Numbered from the stretch's first letter, positions 34,473-44,491 are shown. The stretch: 61,286 nucleotides of DNA from Bacteroidota bacterium (GCA_018266475.1 JAFEAI010000032.1:1-61286); one strand, 5' to 3'. Numbers and translations: made by a program. The notes: generated by a model from the sequence alone, not told the origin.

Positions 34473-34485
34473 GCCACGAAGCTAA

Positions 34486-34519
34486 ACGAAAAAGCCCCCG
34501 CCGCATGGGCGAGGGCTTT
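34486..34519 (-). terminator. rho-independent terminator of the TPR lipoprotein gene
   Basis: On the minus strand: AAAGCCCTCGCCC-ATGC-GGCGGGGGCTTT followed by TTCGTTT. Confidence 0.7.
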
Positions 34520-34538
34520 ACAATTCGTTTCGCTGGGC

Positions 34539-36248
34539 TTAGAAACCAAGGTTGCCCTTGTAGCTGCGGAACTCGAGGTCCGTTTGGGCCTTTGCCTTCA
34601 GGCTGGGGTCCTTGGCCACGGCGGCGGCCAGGTTGCTTGCCACGCCTTGGCCGTTGTTGGTGCGGGCGGCGATGATGGCTGCCAGGTACAGGCCCTTGGC
34701 GCTGTCCTTGTCCGGGCTGGCGGCCAGGATGGTACCTGCGCCTGCGGCATCGCCACCGAGCATTTTTGCCAGGGCGGCGTTGAAGGTGTTCTGCCCGGCC
34801 ATGTTGCCGTTGGCGCTGGCATAGTTGCCGTTCTGGATGTCGATGATGCCTTGGTTGTACTTCACGTCATTGCCGGCCGCAGTGGCCTTGGCGAAGAGCT
34901 GTGCAGCCTTCTTGCGGTCCCCCTTCTGGCGGGCGATCACGCCGAGGTTGTTGGTGCTGATGGGATTGTCCTGAATGCCGTTGGCGCGTTGGAACTCAGC
35001 CTCGGCCTCGGCGCTCTTGCCCTGTTGGAAAAGGATGCAGCCCATGTTGTTGGCCGGGCGGAAATCCTGGGGGAACTTGGCTTCTGCCACCTTGTAGATG
35101 CGCACTTGCTCATTGAGGTCGTTGGTGAGGGTGGCTGCTTTCAGCAGTTCCTCCAGCTTCAGGCTGTCCGGGGCGGTCTTGCTCAGGCTCTTCAGCTCGT
35201 CATCGCTGTAGCCGTTCAGGTCATAGTTCACGTGGATCTCCGAGCGGCGCAGGCGGGGCAGCAGGTTGTCGGCCAGTTCCTTGTAGGTCTTTGCCATGTT
35301 CTTGATCTCCTGCTCGCGCTTGTCGCCCTCGGGGTACATTTCCAGCACACGCAGCACCAGTTGCTTGTCGGCGAAATTGCTGGCGGTCACTTCGCGCTTG
35401 AAGCCTTCCCAGTCTTCACCGTGGCCCTTTGGTGCGTAGAATGCATCGTCCTTGGCTTGGGTGAACTTGTTGGCGGTGAGCACGCCCTTGATCCAGGTCT
35501 TGGCGGTGGCTGCGCGGTCATCGGCCAGGTGGTCGTTCATTTGGAGCTCGCCCTCGGGAGAGGCCCATGCGTCGATGGCCACGCCCTTCCAGGTGATGCG
35601 CGCGTTGTCCTTGTTCTTCTTCACGAAGGCGGCGAGGTCCTTCACATCCTGGGCCTGCAGGGCCACGGGGCGCACCACGGAGGACTGCACGAGGTACTGG
35701 ATGCGGGCGGTGGCATCCTGTGCGGTCACGCGTACGAACTTGTCCGGGGCGGTGATCACCCGGTCGTCGCTCATCACCAAGTAGGGTGTGGTGATCACGC
35801 CGTCGGCCAGCTTCACGGCTTTGAAGGGCTTCTCCTTCTTGCCTTGCTTGCCCACGATGTTGAGCATCAGCTCACTCTGCTCCATGGCGGGCGCGTAGGC
35901 CACCTTGTCGGTGTAGCTGAAGCTCTTTCCCTGCTCATAAGGCACCACGGTGTAGTTGCCTGCGGCCTTGTCACCTTGGAAACCGGCCATCTTCAGCGGC
36001 GTTTGGCCGCTGGAGTAGGTGATGGTGGGGGTGAGTTCCACCTGGGCCTTTCTGTAGAAATACTTCCCCGGGAAGTTCCCGTTGATGTTGACGTGGACGG
36101 TATCTCCTTGCACGATCAGCGGGTTGGGGTCCACCGTGTGGGTGATCGTGGAGGCGTACTTGTCCATTTTTCCGAGTCCGCCGCAACCGGCGACCACCAA
36201 GGCCGTCGCTGCCAAAGCGGCGAATCCTGCGCGGTGATTATGTTCCAT
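34539..36248 (-). CDS. TPR-repeat lipoprotein
   Basis: ORF trimmed to the ATG at 36248 (MEHNHRAGFAALAATALVVAGCGG, lipobox). The C-terminal half has TPR-like repeats (AEAEFQRANGIQDN..., KAAQLFAKATAAGND...). Confidence 0.7.
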   Translation of the reverse strand: MEHNHRAGFAALAATALVVAGCGGLGKMDKYASTITHTVDPNPLIVQGDTVHVNINGNFPGKYFYRKAQVELTPTITYSSGQTPLKMAGFQGDKAAGNYTVVPYEQGKSFSYTDKVAYAPAMEQSELMLNIVGKQGKKEKPFKAVKLADGVITTPYLVMSDDRVITAPDKFVRVTAQDATARIQYLVQSSVVRPVALQAQDVKDLAAFVKKNKDNARITWKGVAIDAWASPEGELQMNDHLADDRAATAKTWIKGVLTANKFTQAKDDAFYAPKGHGEDWEGFKREVTASNFADKQLVLRVLEMYPEGDKREQEIKNMAKTYKELADNLLPRLRRSEIHVNYDLNGYSDDELKSLSKTAPDSLKLEELLKAATLTNDLNEQVRIYKVAEAKFPQDFRPANNMGCILFQQGKSAEAEAEFQRANGIQDNPISTNNLGVIARQKGDRKKAAQLFAKATAAGNDVKYNQGIIDIQNGNYASANGNMAGQNTFNAALAKMLGGDAAGAGTILAASPDKDSAKGLYLAAIIAARTNNGQGVASNLAAAVAKDPSLKAKAQTDLEFRSYKGNLGF

Positions 36249-36374
36249 GGGTTGATCTGTTATTGTTTGTCCGGATCGGGGCAAACTTAACCACCATCCG
36301 TGCCAAACTTCCGGAGGTGTACGGCATTAGTTGTACACACTGCGCCGTGTGTGGCGGGTTGGGCGGCCAGTGGC

Positions 36375-37010
36375 TCAAAGGCGTTCCAGATAGGTGCCCG
36401 GGGTGCGTGCGGCCTCCAGCATCGCCAGCAGGCGGGCGTATGCGGCGGTATCCTTCAGCAGGTCGGTGCCCTCCACGTCGAGGATGATCACGCGCACGCC
36501 TTCGAGCTTGCGGAGATGGTCCAGGTAGCGCTCCTGGAGCTGGGCGAGGTATTCCTCGCCGATCTGCTGTTCATAGGAACGGCCCCTGCCGCGGATGCGC
36601 TGGCGCACCACGGCCATGGGCAGGTGCAGGTAAAGCAGCAGCTCGGGCTTGGGCAGGCCGCCGTACATGATGGAATAGAGGTCGCGGAACAGTGCATGTT
36701 CATCCGGCGGCAGGGTGGCCCCGGCGAACACCAGGGATTTGCCGATGGAATAATCGGCCACGGCAACGGGCTGGAAGAGGCTGCGCTCCCCCACCCGCTT
36801 CAGCTGGTGGAAGCGCTGGGCCAGGAAGGAGAGTTCCAGGGCGAAGGCGTGGCGCTTGGGGTCGTTGTAGAATTGGGGCAGGAAGGGGTTGTCCTCGAAC
36901 TCCTCCAGGACGGTTTCCGCGTCCCATTCGGCGGCCAAGCGCTTGGCCAACGTGGTTTTGCCGGCACCGATCAGGCCTTCCACGGCGATGTACCCATAAG
37001 GCGGCTTCAT
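36375..37010 (-). CDS. deoxynucleoside kinase
   Basis: ORF 36375..37553 trimmed to the ATG at 37010. YIAVEGLIGAGKTTLAKRL (P-loop), EEFEDNPFLPQFY, ALELSFLAQR, RIRGRGRSYE. Confidence 0.85.
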   Translation of the reverse strand: MKPPYGYIAVEGLIGAGKTTLAKRLAAEWDAETVLEEFEDNPFLPQFYNDPKRHAFALELSFLAQRFHQLKRVGERSLFQPVAVADYSIGKSLVFAGATLPPDEHALFRDLYSIMYGGLPKPELLLYLHLPMAVVRQRIRGRGRSYEQQIGEEYLAQLQERYLDHLRKLEGVRVIILDVEGTDLLKDTAAYARLLAMLEAARTPGTYLERL

Positions 37011-37477
37011 GGTCGGTTCAGTGCTTGGTTCAGCAGGTGCAGCACGGTGTGGCCCAGCACCGGATGCACAAGGTCCGGCACAAGGTCCGCCGCAGGCCCC
37101 AATGCAAATGCGCGCTGGTGTACCCTGGGGTGGGGCACGGTAAGGCCTGGCGCATCGATCACGTGCTCCCCGATAAAGAGGATGTCCAGGTCGATGGTGC
37201 GCGAGGCATAGCCGCTGCCGGGCGGGCGCACCCTGCCAAGCTGCCGCTCGATGGCCAGCAGCTCCTCCATCACGTTCCGGGGCGGCATGGAGGTTTCCAC
37301 CAGCAGTGCGCGATTGAGGAAGAGCCTGTCGCCCTTGAAGCCCCACGGTTCGGTCCAATGGTCGCGGCTGGTGGCCAGCACCGTGCCGATCCGCCCGGAG
37401 ATCAGCCGTACGGCATGGGCAAAGGCGGCTGGCGGATCGCCCATGTCGGCGCCCATCAGGAGGGTGAACTCGGCCAT
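37007..37477 (-). CDS. folK: 2-amino-4-hydroxy-6-hydroxymethyldihydropteridine diphosphokinase
   Basis: ATG at 37477. WTEPWGF, FLNRALLVET, RTIDLDILF, LTVPHPRVHQRAF. Its stop overlaps the kinase start. Confidence 0.85.
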   Translation of the reverse strand: MAEFTLLMGADMGDPPAAFAHAVRLISGRIGTVLATSRDHWTEPWGFKGDRLFLNRALLVETSMPPRNVMEELLAIERQLGRVRPPGSGYASRTIDLDILFIGEHVIDAPGLTVPHPRVHQRAFALGPAADLVPDLVHPVLGHTVLHLLNQALNRP

Positions 37478-37623
37478 TGGGCCAAAGTAAGGGCCGGGGC
37501 TCTTTACAGTGGAAACAGGCTGTGCGGTTCTGCCCTGCAATTGGCGGGGGCACCCGGAGTGCGCGCTAGTGATGGGCGCGGCTTGCCCCCCCCCGCATTT
37601 CATCACTTCCTCGCCTCGGGCGC

Positions 37624-37730
37624 TACGGGTTGCCCGGTTACGGGTTCACAGTTCCGTGCCCTCCCCTCCCGCACTCTAGCACCCTCGCCCCCTTCACACC
37701 CTCACACTCCGGCGCTCCCGCACCCTCAGC
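37624..37730. repeat. short tandem word repeats (ACGGGTT x2; CACCCTC-type octamers x about 5)
   Basis: ctacgggttgcccggttacgggttcac ... cgcactctagcaccctcgcccccttcacaccctcacactccggcgctcccgcaccctcag. Confidence 0.6.
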
Positions 37731-37814
37731 CTGGGCATGGCCGAAGGGGAATCTCCAATAAACCCGTGGTGGCACCCGGAGGAAAAGCAACCCGCAGCTG
37801 CGGTACGCGGAAGT

Positions 37815-38897
37815 TCAATCCTGTTCTCCTTCCTTCAGTTTCTCGGTGCGGTCGGCCAATTGCAGCGCGTCGATAAGGGGTTGCAGTGCGCCGTCCATCA
37901 CTTCGGCAAGGTTGTGTACGGTGAACTCGATGCGGTGGTCGGTGACGCGGCTTTGGGGGTAGTTGTAGGTGCGGATCTTGGCGCTGCGGTCGCCGCTGGA
38001 GACCTGGCTTCTGCGATGGGCGGTAAGGGCTTCGTGCTCGGCCTGCACCTTTTCGTCATAGAGCTTGTTGCGGAGCATCTGCATGGCCTTCATGCGATTC
38101 CCCAACTGGGACCGTTCCGTTTGGCACATCACCACGGTGCCTGTGGGGATGTGGGTAAGGCGCACCTTGGTCTCCACCTTGTTCACGTTCTGTCCCCCGG
38201 CGCCGCCGCTGCGGGCGGTCTCCATCTTCACGTCGCTTTCCTTTATCTCCACGTCGAACTCCTCGGCCTCCGGCAGCACGGCCACGGTGGCGGCGCTGGT
38301 GTGTATGCGGCCGCTGGCCTCGGTGCGGGGCACGCGCTGCACGCGGTGTACGCCGGCCTCGAACTTCAGCACGCCGTAAGCGCCTCCGCCAGTGATGTTG
38401 AGCACGGCCTCCTTTACGCCTCCGGCGCTGTTCTCGTTGATGTCGGCCACTTCCACCTTCCAGCCCCTGCCCTCGCAGTAGCGGGTGTACATGCGCATGA
38501 GGTCGCCCGCGAAAATGCCGGCCTCGTCGCCCCCTGTTCCCGCGCGGATCTCCATGGTGCAGTTGCGCTCGTCGTTGGGGTCCTTGGGCACCAGCAGCAG
38601 GCGGATCTCCTCCTCCATGGCGGCGATGCGGGGTGCCAGCTCATCTTTTTCCCCGCGTGCGAGTTCCACCAGCTCGGGGTCCCGTTCCTGGCGGAGGATC
38701 TCCTCGGCCGCCTGCATGTTTTCCACGCTTCGGCGGTAGCGCAGGAAAGCGTCGTCCACGCTCTCCAGGTCGCGGTATTGGCGGTTGAGCTCCACAAAGC
38801 GCTTGCGGTCGGCGATCACGTCGGGGTCGGCCAAGTGCTTGCCGATCTCCTGGCGGCGGTCGTGGATGGCGGAGAGGCGGGAGAGCAGGTCGCTCAT
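37815..38897 (-). CDS. prfA: peptide chain release factor 1
   Basis: [25 protein letters not shown] (GGQ) and [26 protein letters not shown] (PxT region); 360 aa. Confidence 0.93.
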   Translation of the reverse strand: MSDLLSRLSAIHDRRQEIGKHLADPDVIADRKRFVELNRQYRDLESVDDAFLRYRRSVENMQAAEEILRQERDPELVELARGEKDELAPRIAAMEEEIRLLLVPKDPNDERNCTMEIRAGTGGDEAGIFAGDLMRMYTRYCEGRGWKVEVADINENSAGGVKEAVLNITGGGAYGVLKFEAGVHRVQRVPRTEASGRIHTSAATVAVLPEAEEFDVEIKESDVKMETARSGGAGGQNVNKVETKVRLTHIPTGTVVMCQTERSQLGNRMKAMQMLRNKLYDEKVQAEHEALTAHRRSQVSSGDRSAKIRTYNYPQSRVTDHRIEFTVHNLAEVMDGALQPLIDALQLADRTEKLKEGEQD

Positions 38898-38951
38898 CGG
38901 CGGGTGCGATTACGGGCTGGTGGGGCGTGCGCGGTGATCGGCGGATGCGGA

Positions 38952-40130
38952 TCAGCCGGTATAGGTATGGCTGCCGTGCGGCCCCTCTATGCGCACTTCC
39001 TTGGCAGGGGCTTTCTCCACGTGGCCGATCACCTGTGCGGCGATGCCGAAGCCGTGCGAGATCCCGATGATCTCCGGCGCGTGTTCCGGGGCCACGTAAA
39101 GCTCCATCCGGTGGCCCATGTTGAACACGGTGTACATCTCCCGCCAGGGGGTACCGCTCATGCGCTGGATGGCGGTGAACAGCGGCGGCACGGGCAGCAG
39201 GTTGTCCTTCACCACGCGCAGGCCCTCTATGAAGTGCAGCACCTTGGTTTGTGCGCCGCCGCTGCAGTGGACCATGCCATGCACGTGCGGGCGCATGGCC
39301 TGCAGCACCTGGCGCACCACGGGCGCATAGGTGCGCGTGGGCGAGAGCACGGCCTTTCCATGGTCCAGCGGTGTTCCTTCCAGCGGTTCGGTAAGGGCCG
39401 CCTGGCCGGCATAGACGAGGTCCTGCGGTGTGCCGGGGTCGAAGGTTTCCGGAAAGGCGGCTGCGAGCGCCTTGTTGAACACGTCGTGGCGGGCACTGGT
39501 GAGGCCGTTGCTGCCCATGCCGGCATTGTAGGCGTCCTCGTAGGAGGCTTGCCCGTAGCTGGCCAGGCCCACCACCAGGTCGCCGGGCTGGATGCGGGCG
39601 TTGTCCACCACATCATTGCGGCGCATGCGGCAGGCCACGGTGCTGTCCACGATGATGGTGCGCACGATGTCGCCCACGTCGGCGGTTTCGCCGCCGGTGC
39701 TGTGGATCCCGATGCCGAGGTCGCGCATGCGCTGGAGGAATTCCTCGGTGCCCTCGATGATGGCGGCGATCACCTCCCCGGGCACAATGCGCTTGTTCCG
39801 GCCGATGGTGCTGCTAAGCAGGATGCGGTCGGTGGCGCCCACGCAGAGCAGGTCGTCCAGGTTCATCACCACGGCATCCTGGGCAATGCCCTTCCACACG
39901 CCGAGGTCGCCGGTTTGGCGCCAATAGGCGTATGCCAGCGCGCTCTTGGTGCCGGCGCCGTCGGCGTGCATCACAATGCAGTGGTCCGCGCTGCCGGCGA
40001 GCTCATCGGGCACGATCTTGCAGAAGGCGCGCGGAAAGAGGCCCTTGTCCACCTTGGCAATGGCCTTGTGCACGTCTTCCTTGGCGCTGCTTACGCCTCG
40101 GCGCTGGTATCGTGATGCTTCCCCTGTCAT
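38952..40130 (-). CDS. purM: phosphoribosylformylglycinamidine cyclo-ligase (AIR synthase)
   Basis: SRYQRRGVSSAKEDVHKAIAKVDKGLFPRAFCKIVPD, MHADGAGTK and HCSGGAQTK; Bacteroidota-type PurM. Confidence 0.85.
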   Translation of the reverse strand: MTGEASRYQRRGVSSAKEDVHKAIAKVDKGLFPRAFCKIVPDELAGSADHCIVMHADGAGTKSALAYAYWRQTGDLGVWKGIAQDAVVMNLDDLLCVGATDRILLSSTIGRNKRIVPGEVIAAIIEGTEEFLQRMRDLGIGIHSTGGETADVGDIVRTIIVDSTVACRMRRNDVVDNARIQPGDLVVGLASYGQASYEDAYNAGMGSNGLTSARHDVFNKALAAAFPETFDPGTPQDLVYAGQAALTEPLEGTPLDHGKAVLSPTRTYAPVVRQVLQAMRPHVHGMVHCSGGAQTKVLHFIEGLRVVKDNLLPVPPLFTAIQRMSGTPWREMYTVFNMGHRMELYVAPEHAPEIIGISHGFGIAAQVIGHVEKAPAKEVRIEGPHGSHTYTG

Positions 40131-40141
40131 GTGCGTGAACT

Positions 40142-40174
40142 AAAAAGGCACCCCGTGATCCCGGGGTGCCTTTT
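40142..40174 (-). terminator. rho-independent terminator of the OmpA-family gene
   Basis: On the minus strand: AAGGCACCCCGG-GATCA-CGGGGTGCCTT followed by TTTTAG. Confidence 0.75.
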
Positions 40175-40188
40175 CGCGGAGCCTGGTG

Positions 40189-42195
40189 CTAATTGCCTTG
40201 GGTGCCCTGGCCGGCCTTGGGCACGTAGTCGAAGCTGAGCACGCGGAACTCCACGCGCCGGTTCTTTTGGTGGGCGGCTTCCTTTTCCTCCTTGGTGGCC
40301 ATCTTGGCGATTTCCGCATCGGTGATGCGCAGGCGGGTCTTGCCGTAACCCTTGGCCACCATGCGTGCCGGGTCGATGCCCTTGCCGATAAGGTAGTTCA
40401 CGCAGCTTTGTGCGCGGTTTTGGGAGAGGTTCATGTTGTAGGCATCGGCACCGCGGCTGTCGGTGTGGGCCGAAAGCTCAATGATGATGGTGGGGTTTTC
40501 CACCAGGGTGGTGTAGAGCACCTCAAGGGAATCCTTGCCTTGCGGGGTGAGGCTGGCCTTGTCCAGCTCGAACTGCACCTCGGGCAGCTCAATGGCGATG
40601 TCCTTGGCAGCGGGCTGCAGGAGGTATTCCTTCACGAAGGTGGTGCTCTCGGTGAGGCCCACGGTGGTGATCTGGTCGTTCACCACCAGGTACTGGTCCT
40701 TGCTGGCCCGGATGGTGTAGCTGGTGTTTTCCTTGATGTAGCGGTCCTTGCCGTTCTCGGTGAAGTTGAACCCGCCGCTGGCATCGGTGAGCGCATTGAA
40801 ATTGGCCCCGTCGGTGCCCACCACTTCCACTTTGGCATCGGGGATGGGTTCGCCGGTGACCTTGTTCTTCACCACGCCTTGCAGGGCGAACACGAGGTCG
40901 GGCACGTAGAAGCGCCAGATGTCCATTTCCCCCTTTCCGCCCGGGCGGTTGCTGGTGAACAGGCCGCGGTCGTTATCGTCATCGAATGCGATGCTGAGGT
41001 CGTCGTAGGCGCTGTTCAGGGGGTACTTCACGTTCTCCACATGGCCCCAGGTGCCCTCGCCGGTTTTCTCGGCGCGGTAGATGTCCATTCCGCCCATGCC
41101 GCTGGGGCGGTCGCTGGTGAAATAGAGGTCGCCGTTCTTGCGCCAGAAGGGGAACATTTCATCCTTGGGCCCGTTGATGTCCTTGCCCAGGTTTACGGCC
41201 TGCCCCACGGGCATTCCGTTCTTGTCCAAGCCCACCTTCCAGAGGTCCTTTCCGCCCTGCCCGCCTTTGCGGTTGCTGCTGAAGAGGAGCGTTTGGTCGT
41301 CCGGGGAGAGCGCGGGATGCCCGTTGGTGATGGTGGTGGTATCGTTCTTGTCCTGCTGGGGGCTCAGGGGCAGCATCACCGGTTCGCTGTAGTTGTTGCC
41401 CACCTTCTTGCTCACCCAGATATCGCACCCGAAGGCCTTTTTCTTTTCGTGGGGGCATCGGGTGAAGTACATCATGTTGCGCTTGGAGTTGAAGGTGGCG
41501 CTGCCTTCATGCGCGGGGGTGTTGATCACGGGCTGCAGGCGCACGGGTTCGCTCCACTTGCCCAGTTTGTCGCGGCTGCTGCTGAAGAGGTCGGTGAAGC
41601 TTTCGCCGAGGATCTTGTCGGTTTCGGTGCCGGTGGAGGCGGGCCTGCTGCTGGCGAACACCACATCGCTGTTGCGCTTGTCGGAATAAGCTGCGCTGAA
41701 GTCGTTCTGGGGGCTGTTGAGCAGCACCTCGGGATCCACCTTGTAGCGTGTGGGGGCATCCACCCAGCCTTGTGCCTGCTGGCAGGCGGCCAGGCCGGCA
41801 TCGGCACGTGCATCACCGGGGTTCTTCTCCTTGTACTTGTTGAAGGCGGCGATGGCCTCGGCATACTTGCCCTGGTCCTTCAGGGCCTGGCCGATGTAGA
41901 AGTAGGTGATGGGGTCCGGGTACTGCGCCTTGTTGGCCTTTTCGAACCACACCTGGGCGTTTTCGGCATCGCCCATGGCGCGGTACACCTCGCCGATCTT
42001 GAAGATCACCTTGGCCTTGTCGCTGGCCTTTTTCTCGGTGGTGTAGGCCTTCTTGTAAAGTTCGATGGCATCAAAGAAGAATCCCTTCTTGAATGCGGCA
42101 TCGGCCTCTTCGGTCTGCTTGCCCTGGGCGAAGGCCCCGATGGTGCAGAAGAGCATGAAGGCTGCGCAGGTCAACAACTTTTTGGGTTGGATCAT
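40189..42195 (-). CDS. OmpA-family protein with TPR, PD40/WD40-like beta-propeller and C-terminal OmpA domain
   Basis: ATG at 42195 (MIQPKKLLTCAAFMLFCTIGAFAQ). C-terminal VQFELDKASLTPQG...LSAHTDSRGADAYNMNLSQNRAQS...GYGKTRL. Confidence 0.88.
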   Translation of the reverse strand: MIQPKKLLTCAAFMLFCTIGAFAQGKQTEEADAAFKKGFFFDAIELYKKAYTTEKKASDKAKVIFKIGEVYRAMGDAENAQVWFEKANKAQYPDPITYFYIGQALKDQGKYAEAIAAFNKYKEKNPGDARADAGLAACQQAQGWVDAPTRYKVDPEVLLNSPQNDFSAAYSDKRNSDVVFASSRPASTGTETDKILGESFTDLFSSSRDKLGKWSEPVRLQPVINTPAHEGSATFNSKRNMMYFTRCPHEKKKAFGCDIWVSKKVGNNYSEPVMLPLSPQQDKNDTTTITNGHPALSPDDQTLLFSSNRKGGQGGKDLWKVGLDKNGMPVGQAVNLGKDINGPKDEMFPFWRKNGDLYFTSDRPSGMGGMDIYRAEKTGEGTWGHVENVKYPLNSAYDDLSIAFDDDNDRGLFTSNRPGGKGEMDIWRFYVPDLVFALQGVVKNKVTGEPIPDAKVEVVGTDGANFNALTDASGGFNFTENGKDRYIKENTSYTIRASKDQYLVVNDQITTVGLTESTTFVKEYLLQPAAKDIAIELPEVQFELDKASLTPQGKDSLEVLYTTLVENPTIIIELSAHTDSRGADAYNMNLSQNRAQSCVNYLIGKGIDPARMVAKGYGKTRLRITDAEIAKMATKEEKEAAHQKNRRVEFRVLSFDYVPKAGQGTQGN

Positions 42196-42292
42196 CGGAT
42201 CTGGATGTGTGGCCCGCGGAGAACGGGGCCGGGCGAAAATAAGCAAAGTCCTTCTGGTTGGTTGCCGGGGATCAATTTCTCCGGGTCCGGGT

Positions 42293-44491
42293 TCAGCGGG
42301 TGAAGAGCAGTTCGCGCATCTTGGGCAGGGGCCAAAGTTCGTCGTCCACCAGCAGTTCCAGCTTGTTGGCGTGGTAGCGGATGCGGTCCATGTAGGGTTT
42401 TACGTTATCGCAGTAGGCAATGGCGCGTTCCCGCTGGTCGGCCATGGCATTGGCGGCCTTGCGCGCATCGGTCATGGCCTTGCTCAGCAGGCGCACCTGT
42501 TCCATGTGCAGGCTGATCTTGCGGATGATCTCCACCTGGGTGGCCGTGGCGTTGTCGCCCTCCTCGCGGCCGAGCACTTCGCGCAGGCCCTGCACGTTTT
42601 GGATCAACCGGTTCTGGTAGTGGACAGCGGCCGGCAGCACGTGGTTGGTGGCCATGTCGGCGCATACCCGTGATTCGATCTGCACCTTCAGGGTGTAGTT
42701 GTGCAGTTCGATGTCGTGGCGGGCCTTCAGCTCCTTGTCGCTCAGCACGCCCATGGCCTTGAACACGGCGCGGGTGGCCTCGCCGTTCCAGGCGTCCAGC
42801 GCGCGGGGCGTGTCCTGCACGTTGGGCAGGCCGCGCTTGGCGGCCTCGGCCCGCCATTCCTCGCCATAGCCGTTGCCCTCGAAGCGGACGGCCTTGCTGC
42901 GGATGATGAGGTCGCGAATGCAGCGCAGGATGGCCTCGTCCTTCTTCACATCCTTGCGGATGAGGGCGTCCACCTCGGCCTTGAAGGCCTTGAGCTGGGC
43001 GGCCACAATGGTGTTGAGCACGGTCATGGGCCCGGCACAGTTGGCGCTGGAGCCCACGGCGCGGAACTCGAACTTGTTGCCGGTGAAGGCCAGGGGTGAG
43101 GTCCGGTTGCGGTCGGTGTTGTCCAGCAGCACCTGGGGGATTCGCCCGATGTCCAGCTTGAGCTCGGTCTTGCTGGCGGGGCTCATCTTGCCCTTGATGT
43201 TTTTTTCCAGGTCGTCCAGCAGGCCTGTGAGGTACTCGCCTACGAACACGCTGATGATGGCCGGCGGCGCTTCGTTGGCACCGAGGCGGTGGTCGTTGTT
43301 GGCCGAGGCGATGCTGGCCCGCAGGATGTCGGCATGGGCATGCACGGCGGCGATGGTATTGACGAAAAACGCCAGGAACTGGATGTTTTCCTTGGGGGTG
43401 CGTGCGGGCTTCAGCAGGTTCACGCCGGTGTCGGTGGCGAGGCTCCAGTTGTTGTGCTTGCCGCTGCCGTTCACACCGGCGTATGGTTTTTCATGGAAGA
43501 GCACCCGCATATCGTGCTTGCGGGCGGTTTTTTCCATCACGTCCATCAGCAGCATGTTGTGGTCCACGGCGAGGTTCATCTCCTCGAACACGGGGGCGCA
43601 CTCAAATTGGTTGGGGGCCACCTCGTTGTGGCGTGTTTTCACGGGAATGCCCAGCTTGAGGGCTTCGGTCTCGAAATCGCGCATGTAGGCCTGCATGCGC
43701 TCGGGGATGCTGCCGAAGTAGTGGTCTTCCAGCTGCTGGCCGCGGGCGGGTCCGTGGCCGAAGAGGGCCCTGCCGGCCATCATGATGTCGGGGCGTGCGA
43801 AGTAGAAGGATTCGTCGATCAGGAAGTATTCCTGCTCCCATCCCAAGGTGGCGATCACCTTGCGCACGTCCTTGTCGAAGTACTGGCATACGGCGGTGGC
43901 GGCCTCATCCAAGGCGCGGATGGAGCGCAGCAGGGGCGTTTTGAAGTCGAGGGCCTCGCCGGTGTAGCTGACGAAGATGGTGGGGATGCACAGGGTGCGG
44001 TGGATCAGGAAGGCGGGGCTTCCGGGGTCCCAGGCGGAATAGCCGCGGGCCTCGAAGGTGTTGCGGATGCCGCCGCTGGGGAAGCTGCTGGCATCGGGCT
44101 CCTGCTGCACGAGCATGCCGCCGTCAAAGCGCTCTATGCTGCGGCCTTCGCCCAGGGGTTCGAAGAAGGCATCATGTTTTTCCGCGCTCGATCCGTTCAG
44201 CGGCTGGAACCAGTGCGTGTAATGGGTGGCGCCTTTGCTGGTGGCCCATTCCTTCATGCCGCTGGCCACCTGGTCGGCCAGGCGGCGGTCGATGCGCTCC
44301 CCGCGGTCTATGGCGGACCGCACCGCGCGATAGGCATCTTCCGTGAGGAACATCCGCATGGCCCCGTCATTGAACACGTTGGTCCCGTAGTATTCGCTGA
44401 TGCGGCTTCCGGGCAGTTGCACCTCTTTAGGCTGGCGACCCAGCACGTCGGCCAGTGCTTTGGAGCGAAGAAACGGGGTGGACATGGACAT
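42293..44491 (-). CDS. glnA: glutamine synthetase, type III
   Basis: About 730 aa of GSIII type (HYTHWFQPL, SSFPSGG, EVAPNQFE, HEKPYAGVNGSGKHNNWS). ATG at 44491; the ORF-track start at 44512 is TTG. Confidence 0.92.
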   Translation of the reverse strand: MSMSTPFLRSKALADVLGRQPKEVQLPGSRISEYYGTNVFNDGAMRMFLTEDAYRAVRSAIDRGERIDRRLADQVASGMKEWATSKGATHYTHWFQPLNGSSAEKHDAFFEPLGEGRSIERFDGGMLVQQEPDASSFPSGGIRNTFEARGYSAWDPGSPAFLIHRTLCIPTIFVSYTGEALDFKTPLLRSIRALDEAATAVCQYFDKDVRKVIATLGWEQEYFLIDESFYFARPDIMMAGRALFGHGPARGQQLEDHYFGSIPERMQAYMRDFETEALKLGIPVKTRHNEVAPNQFECAPVFEEMNLAVDHNMLLMDVMEKTARKHDMRVLFHEKPYAGVNGSGKHNNWSLATDTGVNLLKPARTPKENIQFLAFFVNTIAAVHAHADILRASIASANNDHRLGANEAPPAIISVFVGEYLTGLLDDLEKNIKGKMSPASKTELKLDIGRIPQVLLDNTDRNRTSPLAFTGNKFEFRAVGSSANCAGPMTVLNTIVAAQLKAFKAEVDALIRKDVKKDEAILRCIRDLIIRSKAVRFEGNGYGEEWRAEAAKRGLPNVQDTPRALDAWNGEATRAVFKAMGVLSDKELKARHDIELHNYTLKVQIESRVCADMATNHVLPAAVHYQNRLIQNVQGLREVLGREEGDNATATQVEIIRKISLHMEQVRLLSKAMTDARKAANAMADQRERAIAYCDNVKPYMDRIRYHANKLELLVDDELWPLPKMRELLFTR

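Noticed and set aside
33774-36290. 838-aa plus-strand ORF
   Set aside because: It runs antisense across the Rhs toxin gene, a terminator and the TPR lipoprotein gene. It has low-complexity Gly/Ala/Val/His composition.
37011-37553. N-terminal extension of ORF 36375..37553 (a 392-aa fusion)
   Set aside because: The extension is an out-of-frame overlap with folK and is Arg/Pro/Gly-rich. The kinase P-loop protein starts at the ATG at 37010, with the usual 4-nt overlap to the folK stop.
37737-40115. 792-aa plus-strand ORF
   Set aside because: Antisense shadow spanning prfA and purM, both of which have unambiguous motifs on the minus strand.
40186-42303. 705-aa plus-strand ORF
   Set aside because: Antisense shadow of the OmpA-family gene.
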